From NCBI GenBank assembly GCA_051362555.1, contig CM120640.1:2480001-2544000 (forward strand): DNA of 64,000 nt, in the 5' to 3' direction. The notes below the pieces were generated by a model. The model made no database searches, was not told the origin of the DNA, and saw nothing but the letters and a program-made list of their open reading frames with translations. Source of the DNA: Lingula anatina. Lineage: Eukaryota; Animalia; Brachiopoda. The first letter of the stretch is position 1. Every line of letters starts with the position of its first letter. Below, piece by piece: positions 52,513 through 64,000 of this stretch. The position numbers were made by a program, and so were the translations under genes.

Positions 52513-53531
52513 CAGGGGCATATCCAGTGATATTTTCTTCCAAATTATCTTTGCTGATCCATCCTCCTTTTTTGACCGTCTTCCAATAGAAAAAATTAGA
52601 TACACATCAATGTAAAGTTGAAAATCTAACCATCTTCTGGAAGACCCAGAAAATGGCCATTACTCTGTAATGTGTGTTTTACAAAACAAATAGTAGGGGC
52701 AGAAGAAAATGATTGCATCTCAAAATGTGTTTGGATGAGATCATTGTGGTAGTTGAGATGTGATACCACAGCAGCAATCCAGAACATCTGCCCTGTGCTG
52801 GACCTTTTTTTTTTTTTTCATTTCAAAAGTAAAAGCACATTCATCACTATCTGGGCTTTAACTAGAACCTTTAATAATAATTACAATTAATATAGATATA
52901 AGTTGGTGTGATGCTGTATAATTACAGATTATATGTTGAAGATGGGCAGTGTTCAAGTGAGCCAGATGTGTACATCAACCAAAGAGGCCATAACCACTTT
53001 GCTTAGCAAAGTGAGTCTCTCCCAAGGTGCTGAGAACTTATGAATTTTAAAAGCTTCAAAAACTATATACTAATATTCTAAAAATTACTTTTAATACCTT
53101 TTTTCTCCCATAAAATAGCGCTATTGCAGCTTAAAGCACCCCTTCATTAATAGAAGATCAAGGCATATAAAAGACTTTGTGAAAATCAAAACATTTCAGC
53201 TTGATGCTTCTTACAAGATGACAGTGAATGTAATGTTTGATTATTTCAGATTGTGTTCCTGATATGAGCAGTTGCAAATGTAGCCAGAAGTAAGATAAAT
53301 ACTGACAACCTACACCATGTAGTCAAAGTTGGCGGATTGATTTCCCCCCCCCCCCCCCCCCCGGTAGGATAACATGGGTGGTTTAAAGCCATGAAAGAAG
53401 TTGGATAGAATTCTTCAACTTTACCTTGACAGGCATCTTAATTTTTCTGTTGGAAGACGGTCAAAATTGGAGGATGGATCAACGAAGATAATTTGGAAGA
53501 CTGTCAAAAAATATCTCTGGATCTGCCTCTG
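52513..53531. repeat. Two inverted copies of a ~90-100-bp dispersed repeat (third partial copy at ~45640-45702)
   Basis: 52513-52600 (CAGGGGCATATCCAG...TCTTCCAAATTATCTTTGCTGATCCATCCTCC...TTTGACCGTCTTCCAA) is the reverse complement of ~53435-53531; AAGACGGTCAAAA...AAGATAATTTGGAAGACT also occurs at 45654-45694. Confidence 0.75.
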
Positions 53532-56308
53532 GACAAGTACATGTCCACAGATCACAATAGTACCAAGTCTCGGTTATTTCATTTATATATTTTTCACATT
53601 ATTAAGCATATGATATCAGAAGTCACCACTGTCACCAGCAGATCGAGGATATCAAGCAGGACTTAAGCATGCTCCTGAAGAATATAGTGTATGATGGAGC
53701 ATTTTCCATTTTTCTGTGATTAAGTTTTATTAATATTTTATTATTTAGCTGTACAAGTAAAATCTGGTAAACAGATGAGAGGGTGATAACTGAACTATGT
53801 TGAAAGAGAAGTAATGTAAAATTGCGGTCAAGAAGCAAGCATCATATATATTATAGATACCTATAAATGTCCATTTTGTTCTTAATTCTGACTTATGGAT
53901 AAATAAAACATGTTTAACTTCCATTTTCTTTTCATTTGGAGCTGAATTTTAGCTGGGCCAAAACGGTGACAGGACAAGGTCATTATGGAAGTCCTGAATT
54001 AGGGTCAAGCACATTAGCACTGTATAACAGACCATTTTCAAAATAAATGGCTTAAAGGAATCTAAAATGTCTCTACTACTTACCACATTTGAAAGTCTAA
54101 ATTACCCTGTAGTAATTTATGTACCAGTTATTGGAGAGTTGAAATTAATCTTAAGGCAAAATGGAGTTTCAAACAAGCGCAAAACCATGCTTAATAATAA
54201 GAAAACTTTGAGACAGGCAGATTTGTACATAAATATTGGGTTATATTTTATTTTGGAATTCTCAACACAGCCTTTTTACATAAAATAATGTAATATTTTA
54301 TTGATATGAATTTTAATCTTCTAAAATATTGAAAATCTAGAAAGGCAGTCTCATTCTCTATTTTAGTTGTCACAAAAACACTTGTTTATGTCAGACTTGA
54401 TTACAATCTCCCTTAGTAATTTATCAGTTCACCTAGCTCTGTGTGCTGAAAAGAATAATAAGGATACAACAAACCTTGAATTTCTTGAAAATTTCTTGAA
54501 ATACAGCTTAGACGTTCAACAAATCAAAAAGTGACAAACATGATCATGTGGAAAAATGTTCTTCTTCAGTACACAACAATTCCTTCAAAAAAGTTTCAAG
54601 GCATTACACTGTCTGACCAGGTTATAAACTGATTTCTGTCACTAAAAATGAGGGATACTAAAAGAGATCAAACCTGGCTTCTTTCTATATGAATTTGGAT
54701 TATTCTGTAGCTTATTCAACAACATGATACTGCAAGTGAACATAGGCAAATAAGACTTGTGCTAAAGTGAACTTGTGCTTTTTTTTTGTTAGCAAAGCAG
54801 CTATACATGTCTAAATGTCATCAGATTAAACTTGGATTTCATAACCTAATTATACTTTGTAATTTCTTGACACTACTGTGAACACGTAGTGTCAGTGAAC
54901 AAGTAAAAGCTGAGCAGAAAAGCATCCGTGAATATTTTACACATAAAAATAAATTTAAAGCAAACATTTAGCACTGAAAATAACCCAATAAACAATTTTA
55001 TGTCTAAAGTGAACTCATATTTTTATAAGCCACCAGAACACATTAATATACTGGAAGAGTGAATGTTCCAACTCATCCAGTAGTGCAGCAATAAGGTTTA
55101 CAACTTTTCTTCTGAAAAATAATATATCCTTTTCAAGTGCATTGAAAATTCCTTTCAGTAACTCATCTGGACAATGCTGCCTACATCTGGACAATGCTGC
55201 CTACTCTACGCACCTTTACATCTTGCTATCTGCAAGGATGGGAATGAAAACCATAGGCGAAAAACCTATGTCAGTACTTGAGCTACCACAGACTGCATTG
55301 TTTGTATGGTGACTATATGATAGCCATATCACACACATGGAAAATCAAAAGGTACTACCAGTATCTTTACAAAATGCACTCTTGTTCCCTTAACAATCCT
55401 TCTCGTAGGTAAATAAAAATGATTCTAATTAACATATGGCAACATAAAATCATTGCATTTGGAAAACAGAGAAGATACACAAAGAGACAGTAACAATGTG
55501 AAGCATGCACAAGGCTATAAAACCATTGTAGTTTCCTACAATTGCTATATATGGCATTAAACAAAATAAGCATATGGCAAGCTATGATGATATACAATTT
55601 ATCTTTAACCTATTCTAATCTTAGACTGATATAAAATTACTATATTCAGGCATTTTCAAATTTGATACTGTTGGAAGGCTGATCTGTATTCTGTGTTCCA
55701 TTTTTATTATAGACATACTGTAGTCTAGGAACACATAATGGAGGTAACTATGCAGTAAAACCAAGAGGACCAATGACTTTTTGGTCCTGAGAATTTTTTC
55801 TTTGGAGAAAATACCCTGATGACATGCGTAATGCAAAACTAGATGTAATTCTCACTATACTTTTGTGCACTACCTTTAAAATGATTTTCCTGAATTTTTG
55901 TAGACAAGAAAGGAACCTATGTAGAGCAAATTACGTTCTGAAAAATGTGAACTTGAAAAAAATATATTTTGCAGTACAACACTGACAATAAATACAACAT
56001 TCACACCCCTACCAATACTTTCCACAAAACAATCAAGCAAAATTGAGTTCAAATTCTTACCCATGCTTTCCATTGAAATACCGAACTCTTTTCCAGTGAA
56101 AGCAAGTAATACTAACTGTGAATTACACCCATTTCTTGATTCAGCAGCCTCTACGTTAAAGATGAGAAATGAACACTTTGTAATAATATCAATTTGATCT
56201 TGTGTACTGCACTTTTTCAAAAATTAAAAAAAAAACTAACTTTTCTTATCCACAAACAATCTATGAAAACCTGATCTGTGTAAACAATTCCTTCTTTTCA
56301 ACAGGCAG

Positions 56309-59300
56309 TTAGTTAACTTTCTTCTTTCTTCCTTGACTTCTTGTTACTGGCCTGGATGAGAGAGTCCCTCTGCCATTTTTCTCTTTTTCAAGGGATGTGA
56401 TTTTAAAACAGTATATATCCATGTAGTCACAGATTTGTACGCAGACGAACACAGAGTAACGACAAAGATCGACCAGGGTCCACAACTGCAAGAGAAACAT
56501 AGCATTGAAAGGAGTCAAAAAAGCACAGAGAGAAAGATTGACAACTAATGGACAGTTTTTTATTAATATAACATTACAACACAGATCATCTTTCTCCAGG
56601 TGAGTGTCCATAATTTTAGACTATGGGTATGAATCGCATTGCACATAAATTTTAATAAAAGATTAGAACATTACCTTAACTATTAGAAATTTACATAATC
56701 ATTGGCCCAGTTGGACATTTTTTACTTTAAAGGGATAATAACTCTTCGTATGAGATCTATATTTCACAATATAAACCTTGTGAATAACTCATAGAAATAT
56801 AATATATTCTGTTTTACCACAAAAACAGCAGTTATAGCTATTATTCTGATATCTGAGCTTGTCTTTAGACCACGTGACCTCCATTGATGGCTATACTCTG
56901 TTAAAATCTCTTAAGAGATTTTAACAAAAAACCAAACTTTTTAGAAAAAATCCAGGGACCAACTTTGAATGTAAAAATGGATTCATTAACCATTAGAAAG
57001 TATGGGAAAATTGTTGTTTACTCCAGGAAAATTCATTTTTTGGCCGAAACGAAGAGTTATTATTGCTTTAACTTCCCCAAATACTTACTAAGCAGAGCCA
57101 TAGGACAAGATATTCATCTAAAATAGTATTGAAATATTGGTTGAGAAATAGCATTCCTGGGCCAATCATACTGGAATCCAGCATTGACATTGCACTTTTG
57201 GTCATATGAGCAACCTAGAAAGAAAAAGACAGCAAAGCTATCAAATGTACAGTGAAGTCCAATGTCAGTAAAAGAACTTTCTACATCAAAAAAAGTATCA
57301 GATGGAATATGGACTAATACTCTATCCTACCAAAAACTACAGACAAAATTAAGATCTATCAACCTGTTTACTAGCTTTCTCTTGCCAGCATTAGAAAATT
57401 TTTGGAATTTTGCTATGTTAAAGCCTAAATCTGGTTGTTTACCTATTAAACTGAAATTTTAAGCAATTCACTTACCACTAGCTTATTGGTCACCTTAGCG
57501 CCAGCTAACCCAAAGGCTATGATATATAGACATGGATGATTTTCAAATATATGTGTTGCTGATTTCTTGTAAATAGTATAGGCCATAACGAGGATTGTGC
57601 CAATAGGAATTACAGGTGATAAAACACTGGTCCCCTAAAAATTTAGAAGATTAATTAACAACAATAAAAACTTTTAAATAAGGCTTTTAATTCTATTATC
57701 TTATATGTAAGTCAATCCTTCATTGATATCAGTTTTAAAAAATTTTCTAGAGATTAAAATTTATTTATATATATATATTTTTTTTTTTTTTTTTTTTTTA
57801 CAAACTATAACCACTGCCACTTCATTTACAGCAATTGTGGAACCATTTTTTCCTGCACCTCCTTCTAAAAGGATTATAGAAAAGCTTTCACTCATACTCA
57901 AGGTGGTCACTGCTATACTGCTTATGATCATAAGGTGTTTTAGTTCATAGCCAATTAATGGAACCTGAAAATAAAGAGCATAAAGAAATATTTTGTGATA
58001 ACACACGAAAATAATTATGAATAAGACATCTAATCAACCTTATAAACATAAACTGCAATAAAAGGGACACAACTTCTACAACACAGCTCTCTGAACAACT
58101 TCTTGTTCCAATCCAAAATGTATTAATCAATGACTATTTACTTTGTAATTCACATTTAGTGGCACATTAATAAAGTAACACAGTCCCATACCTGAAATGC
58201 CCAGATATCATGGCCTACCACAGAGGTGGTGATATACACTGCAATCATGACAATCTGTGCCTCGGTGACATCAATTCTAGGTAGAAAAATAAAGAAATGG
58301 ACATTTATTTACTTGCATCATTTCACCATGATGTTGCATTTCATGTAAATATCAAAGTTGAGTCAGTGAGTCAGTGAAGACTGAAGTTGGATTGAGACTG
58401 CAGTAAACTGGACAAAATACATTTGCCATCATTTAGTGTTTTCCTCTACATATTTTCCACCAAAAATTAACACTATATAAGGAATTGCAAGTCATCTTCA
58501 TTTTTTTTTTTTTTTTTACTAAAACAGTTGGAATAAATAGTTAAAAGTTTTTTTAAAGGATAAAATGTGTAATAGAAAGGAAAAACACCAAGGAACAGTC
58601 AATATATAGATAAACATCCAAGCATTCAGCACACTACATATGAAAAATTTCTAGCTTTTTTATTCATATGTAATTCAAACAATTTTCAAGCTCATAGTTT
58701 TGACAAATTTTTATACAAACAAGTCAAACACAAATGTCACCAGAATTACCTTCCAAACCTCATTGTTCCTGTCACATAAGTCTGCCAGTGAGCAGCATAG
58801 AAGAAGAATGTAGCTGCAAAACACTGTAGAAACAACCAGTCTGGATTTGTCCCTGTTTGCATAGTCAAAGCTGTGGCCAGCATAACAAATACTGAAATCA
58901 ACAGGATAACACATGTTAATTAATAGCAAAAACTCCAAGTCAGAATTTTCAGTACAGTAGGATGTCATCACTAAGAGTGCACTGTATGGAGCAGAAATTT
59001 CAATGTTCTCTCTCATGTGTCTACCTTAATTTAATGTAAGTGCATAAAGAAATCATCCTTGAATCAGGCCTGCAGCACTGCTTGATGTCATATGAGCCTA
59101 GAAAATGTATGAGAATCTGTGTGAGGCGGTATTAACGTTTTTTGTGATAAGGGTGAAAATGTGCCAGGAATGTTATCTCAGAAAGCAAAACAAAAGTAAC
59201 ACATAAAATATGGTGAAAACATAATGGTGTGCAAAATACTGTAATTCTATAGAACTAATGAGAAAGCAACCATCAATATATCCATCCACATATTCTGCCA

Positions 59301-61483
59301 GCTTTTATTCATTGTTCCATCACACTTGCTGGTCTACCACGATTTCTGGTCCATTCCCCCACCAGATAAATCCCCCCAAAATCTCACTTCATGCCAAGTT
59401 GCAAGACAGTCTCAGATGACTCCCATACAGGACACTTGCATCCTAAAATCATTTTCTCGTATTTGTTGCAATTCATATTCAATTCTACACTGGGGTGGCA
59501 CTAGAAATTTTTTCATTTAGCCAAATTACTACTTTTTCGTCATTTTTTTCTCCAGATGGTTTAAATTTGACTAAAATAAATCAAATCAACCCTATTTTGT
59601 TTAGCCAATTTGTCAGTTTTAGCATTAGGCTAAATTGACGAGTGTCAGCACTACCCTACCTACACAATCTTAAGTACACATATACCTGTAGATATGGAGT
59701 CGCACCCATGGTCAAAAAGCTCTCCAAGAGGGGAACTGCTGTTGGTCCTTCTAGCTTGCTTGCCATCTATGGCGTCCAGGGACTGATAGATGAACAAACC
59801 TAAAGCACACAATAACAGGGCACCTGCTGGGATCTGAAACAAATAGTTTAATTTCAATTAGTGGTCTTTAACTGGCTATGTGGCTACTAGTAAGGGCCAA
59901 ACTCCCAGGAATTTTTTTTTCATTTAAATATTTTTTGATAAAATCTACAACAAACTTTTAAAAATTTCAGTGTATGTTTGCCTGCTTGTGTGTGTGAGTA
60001 TGCACTTGTGTGGAAATCTTTCAATATATTACAAATTATACTTTGAATTCTCATTTAACATAATAACAATTCTTGAAAAATAGATTTCCAGAGTTCATTT
60101 AAAAAAGGTGTCAATTGTGATTCATAATTTTCCTACACACAATACACTCAATCAAATTCCATTGAAATTCATGGTTTTCATCCAGAAATAGAATGCTTCT
60201 AATTACTGAGCCAGGGTATGTAATTGGATTCATGACATAATACCCTTTTACACCAGCAGGTGATAAGTCTAATAAGGCAGCTGTTGAATATCCTGCCTAA
60301 AGTCTGATAATATAGCATGCTGTACTGCCAACAGTACAAGGAGCGTACTCAATATTCTTATGTCTACCTTTTTTTTTCTTTTTCTCTATTTATTCCTGAG
60401 TGAATCATAGAGGATAATTGTAAGGGATTCATTCAAGTTATGAAGATTTTTGATATTTATACAAAATTTTGGTATGTCTTAACTTTCAATTTTTTTCTTT
60501 TTCTTTCTTTTTTTTTTTTTTTTTTGGGGGGGGGGGGAGGGGGGGGTCCACTGCTTTTAAAAAAAAAACTACACAAAAGGACAAAGAGCTTTTGTTTTGA
60601 GAGTGGCAAGATGACACACATTTGGTTCAAATCTATTACAAGGTCATAGTACAGTTTAAAAACACAGAATGAACAAAACAAATGTATGTTTTCATATTTT
60701 GCTTTCTGTATTTCCCAAGTTATCTAAATGGCACATGAGCAGATGTTTTTTCCCTACCGTATCCCATGATAACTGCGTCTTGTCTCAATATGTGAAAAAG
60801 AAACTGCTGTTAAGAGATAACTACGGTATACATAATAACTGTAATACACACCAAGTTCTAGGGCGGGTTTAGCTGAACCACAAATCGAAACTTTCCCAGC
60901 AGTCATACCGAAAGTAAACATCAAGAAAACCTCAGTATGGAGATACCCCCCCCAATGTAACACTGAAATCCATTAAAAAATTAGTGAGACAATACAATTA
61001 ACCGAATCCAAAAAAAATGTTCATAAAACAACTGGTATATCACATTATGGTGTTTAGTTTTTCGGTTTTAGAGAACACATTTACTTCACATATCAAAGCA
61101 CAATACACTGTATTAGGTATATGTATCACGACTATGACCCAGTCAGTCGAGAATGCAAAATGAACTTTGGACTATTGCTTTGCTTCCAAATTCTGCTGTA
61201 ACTTTCGTTCTAACAAAACTTTTGCTATAATATTTCTAAATGCTAATATGGTACTTGCCGCATGTTTAGCATCCGGACTATAATACACCAAGACGAGAGA
61301 CGTTGCGACGTTAATTATCAAACCGACCAAAGTGATGGCGTTCGGGGAAACCCAGAGGGGCACCTGTTCGACAAGCCATCGCCAGAATTTTTGCATGACC
61401 ACTTCTGATATGGAGGAGCCCTGGGCGCTGTACTTGTGCTCGTTGAGCACTTCAAGTTGCTCTTCTGTCAGCACTTCGGTCAT
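56309..61483 (-). CDS. CEPT1: Choline/ethanolamine phosphotransferase (CDP-alcohol phosphotransferase, CEPT1/CHPT1 family); 8 coding exons, 398 aa
   Basis: Exons 61483-61259, 59833-59686, 58891-58750, 58276-58192, 57964-57830, 57634-57476, 57214-57089 and 56485-56309 (1197 nt), with consistent phases. Signature [26 protein letters not shown], plus [44 protein letters not shown] and KLVVAHMTK. The first coding intron uses a GC donor. The invertebrate gene is probably co-orthologous to CEPT1 and CHPT1. Confidence 0.93.
56731..57067 (-). mobile_element. 337-bp MITE with TTAA target-site duplication (Kolobok-like), copy 2, in the last CEPT1 intron
   Basis: TTAA at 56727-56730 and 57068-57071; reverse complement of 21617-21953 along its whole length with scattered substitutions. 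Confidence 0.85.
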
Positions 61484-61532
61484 ATTGACGCCCCAATCAA
61501 AGTCACAAGTCACAGGTTTATATTCATCCAAC

Positions 61533-61900
61533 CTGCAGCAGCGAGGACAGAGATATCCGTGTTTGTACCAGCTGATAATAACAAAGATGGCGCCCGATCA
61601 CGTGGCAAGCCTTTGACCCTTTAAAATAAGACAGTCCAAAGTATTTTACGGCCGGGTGCGAAAACAATACCTTTCATACTGGGTAACAATGATGGTGCAC
61701 AATAAAAATACATGTCTTTGTAAATGAAAGTAAGTTTTCTAAAGGAACTTTCGTCTTTGAGACTCAAACCTTGGTTTTCTCACCTGTCACAATTAGTAAG
61801 GTGAGCGCACCGGCCGGCTGAATACCTGGCGAGGTCAACCAGGCCGAAAATAGAAAGTAAACAACGCGCTGACAGGACACTGCACTGGGCAAGGCCAATG
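61533..61900 (-). promoter_or_regulatory. CpG-rich 5' region of CEPT1 with a probable non-coding first exon and 5'-UTR intron (61783-61533)
   Basis: Local CpG enrichment; strong minus-strand donor CAG|GTGAGA at 61784/61783; acceptor CTGCTGCAG| at 61534-61533; YY1-like AAGATGGCG and E-box CACGTG at ~61584-61604. Confidence 0.5.
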
Positions 61901-63824
61901 GCATTCCAAAGTAACGACTTTATTCACAAAAAAATGGAATTTGTTTTCGTTGGTAGTTTTATTTAGAGGCCATTAGGCATAGCAGATGCAGTTTGGTTGC
62001 AAGAAATTTTAATATTGGGAATGCAAAACAAAATTATGGTGGGTTTTATTCTGTTTTTTCAGGCAGCATTTTGTATGCCAAAAAAAAAATCTCTCAGCGG
62101 CTGTACAATTTTTTTCTGCAAGCTCCATTTCCTTCAAACTGAAATAGCACAAGAACTAGATTGTGTAAAGAAACATTTATTGTTGAAATAAATTAAAGTA
62201 CAATGTCTAATCAATGATTTTTGCATATAAATAAAAATAGCTATATCTAATATCGTGAAAAAGTGAATGCAAAATCAAACGTAAAGCAAAAAGAAAAGAG
62301 TTGTAAATATAAACTGACTTTCAAAAAGTCTATACAAAGTCGCATTAGGTCTTCTGTTTATCCAAGGCAGTAATACTTGAAGTAAACCGGGGACATTCTA
62401 GGGATTCCAAAATGATCTTTGGGACTATTAAAAGATATGATAACAGACCCTAAAGTGCAAGTTTGTCTACCAATACATCTATTCGAATAAATTACACCAA
62501 CAAAATATTTAAATAACACTGAGATACAACTGTACAGTAAGTTGCTATTTGTATGACATTTCAGTTTGCTAGAAAAACACGATTGCCACAGGCCATAATC
62601 GGTATTTGTTGCCTCAGTTTTTTGGCCTTATTTGATGCCCAGGTATACCATAACACCCTGTAAGACAGGCTACATATACGTATATTGTAAATTAATGGTG
62701 CACACAAGTGCTAACACTATTGCATAGCTGGAATAAAAAGAGTACAACATTACCAAACTAGTTTATGAAAAATATGACTTTTTTTTGTGAATGATATACT
62801 TTTTAATGCGATGGAGGACAGTTACACAAGGGTTTGGATAGTCATATCCACTGAGAGTTGTAAGTTGGGATGTTGTGATGGCCTTACCTGTGTAACATGT
62901 AAGGTCAAAAACTGAGGCAAATTTATGTGGCATAGATACTGTACATGCCCCATTGCCCATGTTACATACCAAGTGTTTATAACAAAATACACAATTATTT
63001 CCAAACACATAATAACTATGGATAAATCACTCCCACCAAATAATGAGATGTAAAAAGCCTCATTAATTACAAAATAATGTTCAACTGTCTGCAGACAAAA
63101 CAAGACTATTTATCACATGGTATAAAAATTCAATTCATGATGAGATTCCTTTCACTACACACTAAACAAACAATAAATGGGACAAAAACGTAACCACATA
63201 AAACTTCACACTGTTTTTTTCCTCACATTTTGAACAGCTTGATTTAAACCAGTTTCTTATTGCAAATATGTTTGCAGTCTGTATGTATTCAATAGTTGTT
63301 ATCATTTTATAGTGTTATTTTATGTGACATGACAACAAAGTTCTTCATGATTCAGTTTGTTTGTAAATCAAAATATGAAAGTCAAATACCAAAGAAATAC
63401 CATGTTGCCTTTAGAAAAAGAGCCATTTTAGTCTCATCAGCTAAAACTGAGTAATGCACACTACAGTGCTTTCATACTACAGTGCCTTCATTATGACTGA
63501 AACGATAACAACCTATTTTACTCATAGAAGAAATAATTGTGTTAAATACCAGCTATCTCAATCTTTCATCCAAATTGTTATAAAAATGTACGACTTAAAA
63601 GAAGATGACAAAAATATTTCTGACCAAAAAATTGCATTCTTATGTAAAGTAGCAAAAAACTGATGTTGGTGCACTGTATAATACACACACACAATTAAAT
63701 TTCATTAAATAAAGGAACTATGCACCTTTCCATTTCTAAAGTATGTGAATAATTCATAAAATCATCAGTATGAGACCTAACATGATATCTGCTAGGTGCA
63801 CTGTAAAGCTGCCGTTCTTAAAAC

Positions 63825-64000
63825 TTAATCTTCTGCTGCATGCAAGTCTCTTGCCTGGCGTTTTCTAAGATGGTGCAAGCCGTCACTCTCACCATCACGC
63901 CTGGTGTCATCACTTTTGTTTTCTGGCAAGAGTATTTCTTCAACTTCATTTTCCTCATTCTCATCACTCTGCTGGTGTTTCCTGTAGGTTTCATTATTGT
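63825..64000 (-). CDS. Probable terminal coding exon of an unidentified gene entering from the right edge
   Basis: Open frame from the edge (NNETYRKHQQSDENEENEVEEILLPENKSDDTRRDGESDGLHHLRKRQARDLHAAED*) with stop at 63827-63825; purine-rich, coding-like composition, followed by ~1.7 kb of AT-rich UTR-like sequence. Confidence 0.6.
   Translation of the reverse strand, partial: NNETYRKHQQSDENEENEVEEILLPENKSDDTRRDGESDGLHHLRKRQARDLHAAED

Noticed and set aside
52513-53531. A single 1-kb transposon defined by ~90-bp TIRs
   Set aside because: The flanks show no target-site duplication and a third copy occurs alone at ~45.65 kb, so these are more likely independent insertions of a short repeat.
22000-56200. 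Numerous 60-127 aa ORFs in the track
   Set aside because: Low-complexity or AT-biased translations, often from microsatellites or MITEs, with no motifs or coherent splice structure.
61484-61531. N-terminal extension of CEPT1 shown in the ORF track (MDEYKPV...)
   Set aside because: It starts at a TTG, not an ATG, immediately after a splice acceptor. The first ATG (61483) matches the family N-terminus.

Overview
AT-rich metazoan genomic DNA with spliceosomal introns; the repeat types resemble those of molluscs and other marine invertebrates (inference). All genes are on the minus strand: a complete 11-exon PDHX (E3-binding protein, 491 aa), a single-coding-exon FMRFamide-receptor-like class A GPCR (418 aa), and a complete choline/ethanolamine phosphotransferase (CEPT1/CHPT1 family, 8 coding exons, 398 aa) whose first coding intron needs a GC donor. 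There is also a probable unidentified first exon near 1.0-1.2 kb and the terminal exon of another unidentified gene at the right edge. The most striking structure is a 6-kb nested insertion (7848-13883). A 5'-truncated L1/Tx1-type LINE abuts a Helentron-type non-autonomous element, which itself carries a foldback MITE, and one 14-bp direct repeat brackets the whole unit. The ~35 kb between the GPCR and CEPT1 has no recognisable coding sequence and holds many MITEs, palindromes and micro/minisatellites. I found no CRISPR array, rRNA or intact tRNA, and nothing that clearly amounts to a new biological system.
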